This document shows positions 42,874 to 52,649 of a DNA stretch of 64,000 bases, one piece after another. The DNA is from an uncultured Clostridia bacterium (GTDB lineage Bacteria; Bacillota; Clostridia; Christensenellales; DTU072). Made by a program: the position numbers and the translations under genes. Positions within the stretch are counted from its first letter, which is position 1; the number at the start of each line of letters is the position of its first letter. The notes beneath the pieces were generated by a model that did not search any database, was not told the DNA's origin, and saw only the letters and a program-made list of their open reading frames with translations. The stretch lies in assembly GCA_946621465.1 (NCBI GenBank), contig CAMOOO010000003.1, forward strand, positions 119,389-183,388. The letters run 5' to 3'.

Positions 42874-44217
42874 ATGAAAAAGAAATCGGCAGCGAAGACA
42901 ATCGGCAAGGGAGTCGCATGGTTTTTGATTGCAATAATCGGCATTCTCACCCTTCTATCCGTCATCACCCTCAGTTGGGGAATAGCGCAGCGCAACAAGG
43001 GCGATATTATGGACCTGCCGACCACCCCGGATGACTTTGTTCCCACCGTTCGGCTGATAGCCTTTACCGATTCTCATAACAAAAACGACCGCGTCGCCGA
43101 CGTCGTTGACACCGCCTACTTGTTGTTCGACGAAGACCCCGTTTACGCGGGAGTGGACGGCTTTTTCGGGCTGGGAGACTTTTCCAGCGTAGGGGGAGAG
43201 GGTGATTTCAAAAACTTTGCCGAGACTCTTTCCAAGCACGTTCGACCGGAGACCAAATGTATCAATATTCTAGGTAATCACGAGATGAAAAATAAGGAGC
43301 AGTGCTACGACCTGTTCCGTAAATATTTCGGGTACGAACCCAATACCGTTACGGTAATCAACGGCTTTTCGTGCATAGCCTTTTCCGGCGAGCGCTCGCT
43401 GACCGAATGGACCTTTACGCCGTCCAGTCTCAAATGGGCGTCCGATCAATTGAAGACAGCCGAACAAAATTCGGGCGATAAACCCGTTTTCGTTTTTCAA
43501 CATCCGCACAACTTCGGCACCGTCTACGGCTCTACCATATGGTGCAATTTCCAGACCAATATCCTTTGGAACGGACATAATAAAGTGGTTAATTTTTCCG
43601 GACACTCTCACTTTCCGATGAACGACCCGAGGAGTATCAACCAGTCCTCGTATACCTCTGTCGGTGTGGGCGGTACGTCGGCTTTTGAATTGGAAAAAAA
43701 CTGCATCGTGGGACTTCATCCGGAAGGGTACGATACGGCGGCTCAATTCTGCGTTATCGAGGCAAACGACGTTGGCAGCGTCCGTATACGCGGCTTCGAT
43801 CTGCCTTCCGATACCTTCTTTTGCGACTACTTTATTTCTAACGTCAACGACCCCGGTTGCTACGCCTATACCTATAAAAACATGAGTGCGCACGATTCCG
43901 CCCCCGTCTTTGCCGACGATGCTACGGCTACCGCCTATAAAAAGGACGACGAGTGGGTGCTTGCATTCGACGAGGCAAAGAGCAACTTTATCGTTCATGA
44001 ATATAAAGTCGCCGTCTACGATGAAAAGGGAAGGAGGGTCTTTTCCGTCGATTATATCAACCCCTATTACGTTATAGACGGCGACAACGTCGCTGAAGTC
44101 CGCCTCGGAAAGAATACCCTTAAAAGCGGAAAAACCTACCGTATGAAAGTAACGGCAAGAAGTGCCTACCACCTGAAATCCGAGAAAAAGGAGATTTCGT
44201 TCGTTGCAGTGGGATAA
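42874..44217 (+). CDS. Membrane-anchored calcineurin-like metallophosphoesterase
   Basis: N-terminal TM WFLIAIIGILTLLSVITL. MPE motifs AFTDSHN, GLGDFSS, LGNHE, SGHSHFP. The start is chosen at the ATG at 42874 (RBS aagagga). The ATG at 42856 is also possible. Confidence 0.8.
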   Translation: MKKKSAAKTIGKGVAWFLIAIIGILTLLSVITLSWGIAQRNKGDIMDLPTTPDDFVPTVRLIAFTDSHNKNDRVADVVDTAYLLFDEDPVYAGVDGFFGLGDFSSVGGEGDFKNFAETLSKHVRPETKCINILGNHEMKNKEQCYDLFRKYFGYEPNTVTVINGFSCIAFSGERSLTEWTFTPSSLKWASDQLKTAEQNSGDKPVFVFQHPHNFGTVYGSTIWCNFQTNILWNGHNKVVNFSGHSHFPMNDPRSINQSSYTSVGVGGTSAFELEKNCIVGLHPEGYDTAAQFCVIEANDVGSVRIRGFDLPSDTFFCDYFISNVNDPGCYAYTYKNMSAHDSAPVFADDATATAYKKDDEWVLAFDEAKSNFIVHEYKVAVYDEKGRRVFSVDYINPYYVIDGDNVAEVRLGKNTLKSGKTYRMKVTARSAYHLKSEKKEISFVAVG

Positions 44218-44243
44218 AGAAAGGACGAATATGATATAAAAAG

Positions 44244-44280
44244 ACAGCGGAGCCTTACTTAGCTCCGCTGTTACTTTTTT
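44244..44280. terminator. Bidirectional terminator between convergent genes
   Basis: acagcggagc / gctccgctgt followed by tactttttt. An A-run lies upstream. Confidence 0.75.
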
Positions 44281-44291
44281 GTAAGGGCTTG

Positions 44292-44567
44292 TTACAGAAT
44301 GGCATATATTTCCATCTTTTTATCATAGCGTAGCGCGTTCATTTTTGGGGCTTCTTGTCCGGTGGACGAACGTTTAGCGTGGAGATCGAGGCATTCTTTA
44401 TTCTCCCAAATCTCGACGAATTTAATCTCTTCGTCAGACGGTTCAAGCACGTCGAAACGAACGCACCCTTTGTCTTTGAGGGAGAGGGCGGCGTGTTCTT
44501 TGGCTACGGCAATAAAAGTCTCTTGGTTTTCTTTTTTTACAAAGCTACTGAATAATACGGTTATCAT
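44292..44567 (-). CDS. Antibiotic-biosynthesis-monooxygenase (ABM) domain protein
   Basis: 91 aa of ferredoxin-like ABM size, with a pattern (VLFSSFVKKENQETFIA...FVEIWENKECLDLH) like YgiN-type quinol monooxygenases. Confidence 0.65.
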   Translation of the reverse strand: MITVLFSSFVKKENQETFIAVAKEHAALSLKDKGCVRFDVLEPSDEEIKFVEIWENKECLDLHAKRSSTGQEAPKMNALRYDKKMEIYAIL

Positions 44568-44647
44568 TTTTTTATCTCCTTAATAAATAATTCATTGTTT
44601 AATTAGCTACTACTCCCACAGCTCCCTGTTGCGCCGCTCTATTTCTC

Positions 44648-45442
44648 CTAATTGTTATTCCATTTTGCATATAAGTCCAAAGTTTCTTCTTGACTTGACG
44701 GATATTGTCTATTCCACTCATTAATACAATCCTGTTCTGTATACCAGCCTCGAAAAAGGACTTTATCTGTCTCGGTGAACTCGGTGAAAATAGGCTCTAT
44801 ATATAAATTATTTTCATTATAGCTATCAATAAAAAATAAAAAGTCATCATGTTGATTGTAATGGAAATTAATATTTGCGACAAATATATTTTCTTTATAA
44901 CCCATATTATCAATCATTTCGGAAAAAGTAAGATAATTACTTTCCGACAAAACGATAGCGGGAAGTTCTCCTGTAGGATATTCTCGTCTTCTTGGTAGAG
45001 TATGCCAAATCAAACAGTTCTCCACCCCATCTATAACAACGATTTGTTCGCATTGAGAAAAGCCGGTCACATAAGATTTTTTTGAAACATTCAATGGTGA
45101 TAATAAATATATCTTTTTAGCCGTCGAAACATCTACTGTATGTGTTTTTACATAACTATATCCTATTGAAGTAGTATAATAACTGCAGCCTATCTGATCG
45201 ACGGTATATCCGTTCAGTTTTTCAGGGAAAACAAGTATCTCTTGTTCTTTTCCTTTATCGGTCAATCCAATGACAGCCGTCGTATCACTATCTTTGCTGA
45301 CACTGACGCATTTAAAAAATTCGGTGTCAAAATAGTACCGTTCGTCATTCGTCCCTGTACAACCATACAGGGACGCCAAAACCGCCGTGCAGAGTATCAG
45401 CAAAACCATGATCGGTATTATTCTTTTAAAAAGCCGTTTCAT
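44648..45442 (-). CDS. Lipoprotein of unknown function with one C-terminal Listeria-Bacteroides-type repeat
   Basis: Lipobox ASLYGC. C-terminal FRGWYTEQDCINEW...LDLYAKW. Confidence 0.65.
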   Translation of the reverse strand: MKRLFKRIIPIMVLLILCTAVLASLYGCTGTNDERYYFDTEFFKCVSVSKDSDTTAVIGLTDKGKEQEILVFPEKLNGYTVDQIGCSYYTTSIGYSYVKTHTVDVSTAKKIYLLSPLNVSKKSYVTGFSQCEQIVVIDGVENCLIWHTLPRRREYPTGELPAIVLSESNYLTFSEMIDNMGYKENIFVANINFHYNQHDDFLFFIDSYNENNLYIEPIFTEFTETDKVLFRGWYTEQDCINEWNRQYPSSQEETLDLYAKWNNN

Positions 45443-45490
45443 TTTACTCCTCTGTTATTTATGATTCGGCTGTCGCAACCGTTCAGTACG

Positions 45491-48400
45491 TTATACTTTT
45501 CTTTTTCCGCGAACGATAGGGATGACGCACAGGGTGGCTATGACGAGCGCGGCAAGGATGATCGAGCCGAACAGAATATATCCGGCAAGGGAACTTGAGT
45601 CTGCATCTATGCTTTCTTCGTGGGCGAGCGTGACGTTGTCAACGGGGATGATCTCGCCGTTCAGAATGGTATAGGTCATGATAGTCAGTTCGTTTTTACT
45701 GACGGTGATCCGGGCAAAGACGGGCGTTTCGGTCAGTTCCAGATTGTTGTCGGCGGTAAAGTATTTTTCCAGACCTTCCGGCGCACTTTCGCGGTCTGCC
45801 AGGTCCACGGCGTCGCTGTAGATGTAGTCGTAGAATTTATCTCCCATGGTGCCGAGGTTGAGATAAAGGACGCCTTCCGGATCGTAGATTTTTCCGTTTT
45901 TAAAAGAGGTCGCTTTCTTACCATCGCCGCCGATAAATTCGCTGACCGAATAAGTGTGGTCATGACCTTGCAAAACGAGGTCGACGCCGTACTCATTGAA
46001 GATGGGGGTCAGCTGCGCGCGCAGAGCGACGACGTCGTCGTCAAAGGCGTGACTGCCGGCGGTGTAGGGGCCTTTATGAAGGAGAACGATAGTCCACGTC
46101 GTGGCGGCGTTCTCTTGGTTTTTGGCAAGGTCATTTTTCAGCCAGCGCGTTTGTGCGCTATTCAGGTTCCCGTTCTCGTCCAGGTCGTTGGTGTTGAGGA
46201 TGACGAAGTGCGCGTAGTTATAGTCGTAGCTGTAGTAATATCCCGTTTCTCCGGTAACGGAGGCGTCATCGGGCAGAGCAATCACACTGTCGAGCGCGTT
46301 GGCTTTCTTTTCGTGGTTCCCGGCGGTGGTAACGAAGGTATTATTGGCGTACACTACTTGATGATCGTTTAGTAGCCAGGTGTATTGAAGAATGTTCTCT
46401 CCGTTGTCGACGTTATCTCCTGCGCTCATAACGAAAGCGACTTCTCCGGTAGTGAATGCCTTTTCCATGAAGAATTTGCTTTCGACGTAGTTTTCTTCTA
46501 CCGAGCCCTGGATATCGCTGATCGCCATAAAGGTGAACGTACCGTCCGACGCCGTTGCGAAGCGGAAGGTTTCTGTCCAGGCGCCATCTTTGCCCACTTG
46601 ATAATAGTAGGTGGTGCCTTGCGCAAGACCGGTCAAAGTGACGGTGTAACGGTTATAGTTTTTGTAGGCGTGGTTCAGATTGATGAAGATGATACCAAGG
46701 TCAATTGTCGGCATGACCTGATTGACGTTCTCGCCGTTTGCCCGGACGGTAACGGCATCCGACATATCCTTATTGGTGGAATAGCGGATGTAGCTGTCGG
46801 GCAGGGAATAGGCGTATTGTCCGCGTGCGTCTTTACTGAAGACGTCAACCTGTTCGGCGGTGAACCAAACGATCTTCTTTTCGGTGTAGATATCCTCGTT
46901 GAAGGAGACGGAGATCATGTTTGCGAGGAGTCCGTTTTCCGCAGAGGGGGTGACGGTCAATTTATCGTTGCCGGACGCGTCCCTATAATAGGTGTGTCCG
47001 TTATAGGCGGTTGTTCCGCTGTCGTCTTTGATGGTGAGGGTGTGTTTATAATAGCGGACAGGATAGCGCGTGTATCTGTCTCCGCCTTCGATCCAGGCAG
47101 ACCCGTCTTCCGTTTGGTCTACGTTGAGGTCGATAAGGATGTTTGCTCCGTAGGTGCCTAAGTTTTTGCAGAATGCGTCGGTGACGTATTTATTAACCAA
47201 TTCGCTGTCGATGATGCTGCGGAGCGTTTCGCCACCGGTGATTTGACCCAGATACTCCTGCGCCATGTCGATGTATTTAGCGAAAGAGAAAGAGGAGAGA
47301 ACGGGGCGAATGGCGTTGGCAACGAAAGAAACGGTATCGTCTTCGATATGATTGATATCGGTAATCAAAAGATCGGAAAGGACCCCGTTGATATCGGATA
47401 AGATCAGGCGTAAAGAACTGTAACCGTGTTCATCGGTGTTGTGGAGGATGATCCGATTTTGCATCAGTATTTTGACAATGGCGTCGATCATCTTCGGGAA
47501 TCCGCTCTTTATACCGGCAGCCGTCGTGTGAAGGGCGTCGGTGATGTCGAAGCCTGCTTGCGAAAGGGGGGCAGTGGATTCGTCAAAACGAATGGGGGTG
47601 TCGAGGAGAACTTCCAACTGCGGGAGCAAAAGTTCTTCTAATAGGTTGACTACTCCGCGAACGAACCGTCCGTCTTTTAACATCTCGATCAGCGGCGCGA
47701 TCTCGCTGTCTAATACGCTTGTATGCGCTCCGGCGAGGTGTCCGCCGTAGATAACGAGGAAGGCTTTTGCCAGCGTCAGATTTTTTCTTTGCGAACCGGA
47801 AAAGTCGTATTGCATGAGGAACTCGGCGAGGTCTTCGGTAAAGTCGCCCAGGTTGTATCCGGCAAGAGGAGTGGTACCCAATTGATAGGTATTTCCGCTA
47901 AAGGAGATCGGGAGCAGGTCAATGGTGTCCAGGTCGTCTACGATGGCGTCGGCAACGGCTTTTAAGAAGGGGAAGTCCAGTTTTTCGGTCAGACCCTTCA
48001 AGAGCTTAAAGATGTTTTGACCGACGTATTCTCCGGCGATGCCGTGTTCGAGAGAACTCGCCATATTGTACATTTGGGCGGCGAGGTAATCGGCGATACC
48101 CAGTTCTTCGTTCGTTATATTATCGACGGTAATCGACCGTTGCAAAGAGCGGTAGCCGGTCAGATCGTTTGCCGGCATGAGCGATGACTCGTAGCCGCGG
48201 AAAAGTGTTACCGGGCATTCCACAAGGGGATCGGTGACTTCTTCGGTGAGTTTATAGACGCCGTAAACAAAGGGGGAGTAATTTAGACTATGGGTCAGCG
48301 AACGGAAGTCCTCCGTGTAGTTGCCGGCGGCATCGGTGGAGATGATCAGATCCATCGTTCTCCACGAACAGCCGTAGGATGCAAGCGATCCCGTTTCTAC

Positions 48401-49651
48401 GTCGTAAAAAACGTTTCCTTTTTGGGTGACGTAGGTGGCGATGTCGGAGGCGTGTTGGTGACCGCTGAAAGCGTATCTGATACCGGCATCGGCGAGGGTG
48501 TATGAGGCTTGCTCCCAGTTATCGTAGGAAAAGAGGCTTATGACCTCGTCTTCGGAATCGAAGTGGGGGAGGAAGTTGGCGTGGCCCAAAGTAAAGACCA
48601 CTTTGTTATTTGCGATGTCCGCTTTTAAAGAAGAAAGCGCCCAGCGAAGTTGATCTTCGGATACCATGCCTCCCGTCGACTCGTGCCAGCCGCTACAAGA
48701 ATAGATAGCACCGCTCGGGTCGGACGTTTGCCAATCGGGGTATTTGTAGGCACGGGTATTGGAATCGAGGGTCAGTACGTCGAATCCGTCCATGCGCGCA
48801 ATGTAGGAGCAGGCGCCGAAGCGTGCGTCCGGGTTGTAGATATTGTAGTCGTGGTCGCTCTCCTCAAAGGCTTTGATCACACTTTCGGAAGGCGTCCTGA
48901 CTTCCAATCCCGTCCCGTCGCGAGAGGTAGTGGAGTCGTACCAGTAGTTGCTCTCGAAAAAGTATTCTATCGAGCAGCCGTCCACCATGCCGCAGGTGGC
49001 CAGGTGCTGACCGTTTTTGCGGTTGGGACAGGAGCAGAACCCGAAGTCCGAATAGAGGTCCATGAATTGCTTGCTGGTGATAGAAGGTACGGAGCGGGAA
49101 TCGAAATCGGACAATAGAGCCAGTCTTTCTTCGTAATCGGCGCAAGCGTCAAGCTCCTCGTCAGCAGGCATAAAGCTCTTTGCACGGCAGTTATAGATAT
49201 CGTGGTTGCCGGGGGAGAGGAAGATCTGGAAACCGGAGAAATCGTAATCGGTACGACTGCGCATCCTTTCGGTAAAGGCTTTGTATAAATTGCTTAGCCA
49301 AACGTGGTTAGCGTACTCGCCGTTACTTGTTATGTCCCCGGTGATAAAAATATACATCGGCGCATCGGCGTCCATGTTATAAATATCATCGAAGACCGCT
49401 TCGGAAATGGTAGTCGTTTCTTCCAGTAGCTTAGTCACTTTCGATTCGGCTTGATAGGAGCCGGAATAGACGTTGCAGTATTCCTCGATCATGACGTGCA
49501 TGTCGGAAACGTGGGCGACGCGGATGGTCTTTTCCGTCGGGGCGGCAACGGCCTGTTTCCCCGATAATCCCATTCCGGCGATCAATGCCACAATAATGAA
49601 AAAAATCATTGTTATGGCGAGGCAAGAAATTTTACGATGTGTAGTACTCAC
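45491..49651 (-). CDS. 1386-aa secreted/anchored protein with two metallophosphoesterase domains (the second of purple-acid-phosphatase type) and a C-terminal TM anchor
   Basis: Signal-like N-terminus. Domain 1: VAHVSDMHV, TGDITSNG, PGNHD, SGHQHAS. Domain 2: a PAP-N-like segment ending GTTYYYQVG, then FMAISDIQG, SAGDNVDNG, TAGNHE, LLHKGPY, QGHDHTY. C-terminal GYILFGSIILAALVIATLCVIPIVRGKRKV. Confidence 0.8.
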   Translation of the reverse strand: MSTTHRKISCLAITMIFFIIVALIAGMGLSGKQAVAAPTEKTIRVAHVSDMHVMIEEYCNVYSGSYQAESKVTKLLEETTTISEAVFDDIYNMDADAPMYIFITGDITSNGEYANHVWLSNLYKAFTERMRSRTDYDFSGFQIFLSPGNHDIYNCRAKSFMPADEELDACADYEERLALLSDFDSRSVPSITSKQFMDLYSDFGFCSCPNRKNGQHLATCGMVDGCSIEYFFESNYWYDSTTSRDGTGLEVRTPSESVIKAFEESDHDYNIYNPDARFGACSYIARMDGFDVLTLDSNTRAYKYPDWQTSDPSGAIYSCSGWHESTGGMVSEDQLRWALSSLKADIANNKVVFTLGHANFLPHFDSEDEVISLFSYDNWEQASYTLADAGIRYAFSGHQHASDIATYVTQKGNVFYDVETGSLASYGCSWRTMDLIISTDAAGNYTEDFRSLTHSLNYSPFVYGVYKLTEEVTDPLVECPVTLFRGYESSLMPANDLTGYRSLQRSITVDNITNEELGIADYLAAQMYNMASSLEHGIAGEYVGQNIFKLLKGLTEKLDFPFLKAVADAIVDDLDTIDLLPISFSGNTYQLGTTPLAGYNLGDFTEDLAEFLMQYDFSGSQRKNLTLAKAFLVIYGGHLAGAHTSVLDSEIAPLIEMLKDGRFVRGVVNLLEELLLPQLEVLLDTPIRFDESTAPLSQAGFDITDALHTTAAGIKSGFPKMIDAIVKILMQNRIILHNTDEHGYSSLRLILSDINGVLSDLLITDINHIEDDTVSFVANAIRPVLSSFSFAKYIDMAQEYLGQITGGETLRSIIDSELVNKYVTDAFCKNLGTYGANILIDLNVDQTEDGSAWIEGGDRYTRYPVRYYKHTLTIKDDSGTTAYNGHTYYRDASGNDKLTVTPSAENGLLANMISVSFNEDIYTEKKIVWFTAEQVDVFSKDARGQYAYSLPDSYIRYSTNKDMSDAVTVRANGENVNQVMPTIDLGIIFINLNHAYKNYNRYTVTLTGLAQGTTYYYQVGKDGAWTETFRFATASDGTFTFMAISDIQGSVEENYVESKFFMEKAFTTGEVAFVMSAGDNVDNGENILQYTWLLNDHQVVYANNTFVTTAGNHEKKANALDSVIALPDDASVTGETGYYYSYDYNYAHFVILNTNDLDENGNLNSAQTRWLKNDLAKNQENAATTWTIVLLHKGPYTAGSHAFDDDVVALRAQLTPIFNEYGVDLVLQGHDHTYSVSEFIGGDGKKATSFKNGKIYDPEGVLYLNLGTMGDKFYDYIYSDAVDLADRESAPEGLEKYFTADNNLELTETPVFARITVSKNELTIMTYTILNGEIIPVDNVTLAHEESIDADSSSLAGYILFGSIILAALVIATLCVIPIVRGKRKV

Positions 49652-49704
49652 TGTTATCTCTCCTTATGCGTATAATAAATATGAAATAGATTTTCTACTA
49701 AAGT

Positions 49705-49733
49705 ATTTTAACACGCACGCGCGAATGTGTCAA
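49705..49733 (-). promoter_or_regulatory. Promoter of the 45491 operon
   Basis: Minus strand reads TTGACA, 17 nt spacer, TAAAAT. Confidence 0.6.
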
Positions 49734-49782
49734 TATTTGATTTGTCTTAGCCGGCAAGGGGATAGGGGTCGGAACTAAAAAA

Positions 49783-49817
49783 ATTCTCCCCGAAAAAGAT
49801 CGGGAAGAATTCTTTTT
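49783..49817. terminator. Terminator downstream of pncB (bidirectional shape)
   Basis: attctccccga / atcgggaagaat stem with one mismatch. Flanked by an A-run upstream and a T-run downstream. Confidence 0.7.
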
Positions 49818-49847
49818 AATCGTCTGTTTTCTGCCTCGAAAAGGATA

Positions 49848-51275
49848 CTATTTCTTTTCTGCGTGGGAGAAAGTAAGGAACTTTTTGAGGTTATAAAGTC
49901 TGTCGGAGAGGTCGACCTTGTATTCCGAAGGATTGATAAGGCGGACGAACTCTTCCCAGAACTCACTGCGCGCCAGTTGCGAGTAGGCGGCGATCTCTTT
50001 GACCGAAGGAGAAGTATAGACCTGTTTACCGTCACGGAAGACCTCTACCATGAGATTGCGCATGGTGTACTTTGTCAGCGTCATTTTCTTCCAGGTCTCC
50101 ACGGGGTGGAAAATGGTAAGAGGTTTGGTGGTGTCAAAGGTCTCGTTGCGCAGACAAATCAGGTCGGCGACCGCCATTTTTTCCTCGTCGTAAATACGGT
50201 AAGTGGTTTTGATGCCCGGATTGGTTATCTTTTCTGCGGTATCCGAAAGTTTAATTTTGGCCTCCCATTCTCCGTCAACCTGGAGAGCGGACATTTTGTA
50301 TACGCCGCCAAGAGCCGGTACGTCGGCGGAGGTGATCAGCTTGGTTCCGATGCCGTAGGAATCTATCTTGGCGTTCTGCTGATGGAGGGCGGAGAGGATG
50401 TATTCGTCCAGGTCGCCCGAAACGCAAATCTTGCAATCGGAGTGTCCGGCGTCGTCGAGCATTTTGCGCGCCTTTTTAGTCAGATAAGCGAGGTCACCGC
50501 TGTCCAAACGGATGCCGATGGGCTTAAGTCCCTGCGCCTTCATCTCGTCGAAAACCTTTATGGCGTTGGGTACGCCGCTGTGAAGGGTGTCGTAGGTGTC
50601 GACCAAAAGAAGGGTATTGGTCGGGTAGATACGGGCGTACGCGCGGAATGCTTCCAATTCCGAGTCGAAACTCATTACCCAGCTATGGGCGTGCGTTCCC
50701 GAACAGGGGACGTCGAACATCTGGGCGGCGAGGACGTTGGAGGTGGATCCGCAGCCGCCTATGATCGCGGCACGCGCACCGTAGATACCTGCGTCCGGAC
50801 CTTGCGCACGGCGCAGACCGAATTCCATTACCACGCCTTTGGCTTCTTTGCTGATTTTCATCGCCTTGGTCGCGATCAGCGTCTGATGATTGATGATGTT
50901 AAGGATCGCCGTTTCAACGAGTTGCGCTTGAAAAAGGGGCGCGGTAACGGTAAGCAGCGGCTCGAACGGGAAGACGATCTCTCCCTCTTTTACCGCGTGT
51001 ATGGATCCGGTAAAACGGAAATCTTTCAGCTTCTCGAAGAATTTTTCTCCGAAGAGATTAAGAGAGCGCAGATAGGCGATGTCGTCTTCGGTAAAGTGCA
51101 GGTTATTGATGTAGTCTATGACCTGTTCCAGTCCGGCGCAAACGGCGTACTCGAGATGCTCCTTCGGACGGTAAAATACGTCGAAATTCGCCATGGTGCT
51201 GTCTTTATCCGTTTCCAGATAGGCGTTCATCATGGTCAGTTGATACAGGTCGGTTAATAATGTCAGATTTCTCAT
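49848..51275 (-). CDS. pncB: Nicotinate phosphoribosyltransferase
   Basis: N-terminus LLTDLYQLTMMNAY, 475 aa, and the internal motifs GSTSN and HSWV are typical of NAPRTase. Confidence 0.88.
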   Translation of the reverse strand: MRNLTLLTDLYQLTMMNAYLETDKDSTMANFDVFYRPKEHLEYAVCAGLEQVIDYINNLHFTEDDIAYLRSLNLFGEKFFEKLKDFRFTGSIHAVKEGEIVFPFEPLLTVTAPLFQAQLVETAILNIINHQTLIATKAMKISKEAKGVVMEFGLRRAQGPDAGIYGARAAIIGGCGSTSNVLAAQMFDVPCSGTHAHSWVMSFDSELEAFRAYARIYPTNTLLLVDTYDTLHSGVPNAIKVFDEMKAQGLKPIGIRLDSGDLAYLTKKARKMLDDAGHSDCKICVSGDLDEYILSALHQQNAKIDSYGIGTKLITSADVPALGGVYKMSALQVDGEWEAKIKLSDTAEKITNPGIKTTYRIYDEEKMAVADLICLRNETFDTTKPLTIFHPVETWKKMTLTKYTMRNLMVEVFRDGKQVYTSPSVKEIAAYSQLARSEFWEEFVRLINPSEYKVDLSDRLYNLKKFLTFSHAEKK

Positions 51276-51304
51276 TGGTTTTTAGTCCTCTTTGTTTTAT
51301 GCTA

Positions 51305-52552
51305 TCAATATTTGATTTGAATGGCGCCGGCGCTGCGGATGGTGGTCGGGAAAACGTTCTCTTTTCCGAATATCTTTTCCATACGCTGGACGTATGCGTC
51401 TTTATCTTTTGCTCTGACAAAGGTCAGTATGGTACCGGCAAAGCCGCCACCGTGGATACGTTTGGCTACGACCGCAGGATCACGGGAGACGACGGCGAGG
51501 GCGAACGGAACGCTCTGTTCGGTATCTCCGGCAGGATAGCAGTTTTGGAGCAAAGTGTAGCTGCTTAGGCCGCTCTTATTGATAACGTCGAGGAACTTTT
51601 CCTCTTCCGATTGAGCAAGGTACTTACAGGCCTCTTCCACCCGTTTGGTTTCGTCATAGAAGTGCATAGCGCGTAAAACCGCTCTTCCGCCGAACTTATT
51701 GCGGAGAGGCAGAATATTCTCGATAAAGTCTTTTTCGTCCACCTCGATGAGGGTCTCTTTGCCAAAGTATCTGGCAACTTCGTTCATTTCTTTACGAATG
51801 GCGGCGTATTCTCCGGTCAGATTGCAGTGGTCGCCGCCGCAATTGATAATGACCAGCCACAGGTTGCTGAAATGCCATTCGGCAGCGTAGGAATCGGGGA
51901 AGGGCTTTTTAAAGTCCATCATGCTGATGCCGCCCCTTGCTATTGTCAATTGGTCGAGCAGTCCCGACGGCTTTCCGAAATAGACGTTTTCGGCGTATTG
52001 TCCGATGATGGCGCATTCGGTAAAGGAAATTTTGTCTTCGTTGTATAAGGCGTTAAAGATTTCGCACAGTAAGAGTTCGAAGGCGGCGCTGGAACTGATA
52101 CCGGCACCTTTAAGAATGTCGCTTTGCATACGGGCAAAGAATCCGCCTACTTTGTAGCCTCTGTCTTTGAAGCCGCGAATAATACCTTTCAGGAGCGCTT
52201 CGGAAGTGCCGTACTTCTTTTCGTCGATTTCCAGATCGGTCAAAGAGGTGGAGAAGGGAGAAAAGCCCTCGCTCTCAATCAGGACTTCCGCCTTGTCCCA
52301 CGGTTGAACGGCGCAGGCGATGTCGATAGAGACGCTTCCGCCGATGGCTTTGCCGTGGTTATGGTCGGTATGGTTGCCCACGATCTCTGTTCGTCCGGGA
52401 GAGGAGAATAAAAAAACGTCCCCGTTCATGCCCTCGGTCAGGGAGGAATACCGCTCGCAAACGTCGTCGAGTCCGGCGGTATACAGAGTGCTTGCGACCT
52501 CTTTGAAGGAGGCGTTATTCAGTAGTGTTTCTTTTTTTAAAAGTCTTGCCAT
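51305..52552 (-). CDS. galK: Galactokinase-family GHMP sugar-1-kinase
   Basis: PGRTEIVGNHTDHNHG (galactokinase signature variant) and the GHMP motif KGAGISSSAAFELL. Divergent from galT. The start is moved to the ATG at 52552 (MARLLKKE..., RBS aagga). Confidence 0.75.
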   Translation of the reverse strand: MARLLKKETLLNNASFKEVASTLYTAGLDDVCERYSSLTEGMNGDVFLFSSPGRTEIVGNHTDHNHGKAIGGSVSIDIACAVQPWDKAEVLIESEGFSPFSTSLTDLEIDEKKYGTSEALLKGIIRGFKDRGYKVGGFFARMQSDILKGAGISSSAAFELLLCEIFNALYNEDKISFTECAIIGQYAENVYFGKPSGLLDQLTIARGGISMMDFKKPFPDSYAAEWHFSNLWLVIINCGGDHCNLTGEYAAIRKEMNEVARYFGKETLIEVDEKDFIENILPLRNKFGGRAVLRAMHFYDETKRVEEACKYLAQSEEEKFLDVINKSGLSSYTLLQNCYPAGDTEQSVPFALAVVSRDPAVVAKRIHGGGFAGTILTFVRAKDKDAYVQRMEKIFGKENVFPTTIRSAGAIQIKY

Positions 52553-52575
52553 AAGCTGTATCCTTGTGTTATAAT
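52546..52575 (+). promoter_or_regulatory. galT promoter, back-to-back with the galK promoter
   Basis: TTGCCA, 18 nt spacer, TATAAT with TGt extension. The -35 box overlaps the galK start codon. Confidence 0.55.
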
Positions 52576-52589
52576 ATATGTTATTAAAG

Positions 52590-52618
52590 AGTATATCACA
52601 TAGAAATCGCATTCGCAA
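52590..52618 (-). promoter_or_regulatory. galK-pncB promoter
   Basis: Minus strand reads TTGCGA, 17 nt spacer, TATACT with TGa extension. Confidence 0.55.
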
Positions 52619-52649
52619 GAGAAAAGGGCGATTTTGTACGGAGGTTATT

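Noticed and set aside
49863-51257. Long antisense ORFs opposite well-supported genes. Examples: 464 aa opposite pncB; 380 aa at 52818-53960 opposite galT; 422 aa at 2918-4186 opposite the giant surface protein; 330 aa at 9804-10796 opposite jag; 300 aa at 43270-44172; 277 aa at 40515-41348; 258 aa at 46385-47161
   Set aside because: Each lies fully inside a gene that has clear family motifs on the other strand. Their translations are low-complexity (R/G/V/F-rich) with no recognisable motifs, RBS or promoter. Their length is explained by the codon bias of the sense gene suppressing stop codons in the antisense frame.
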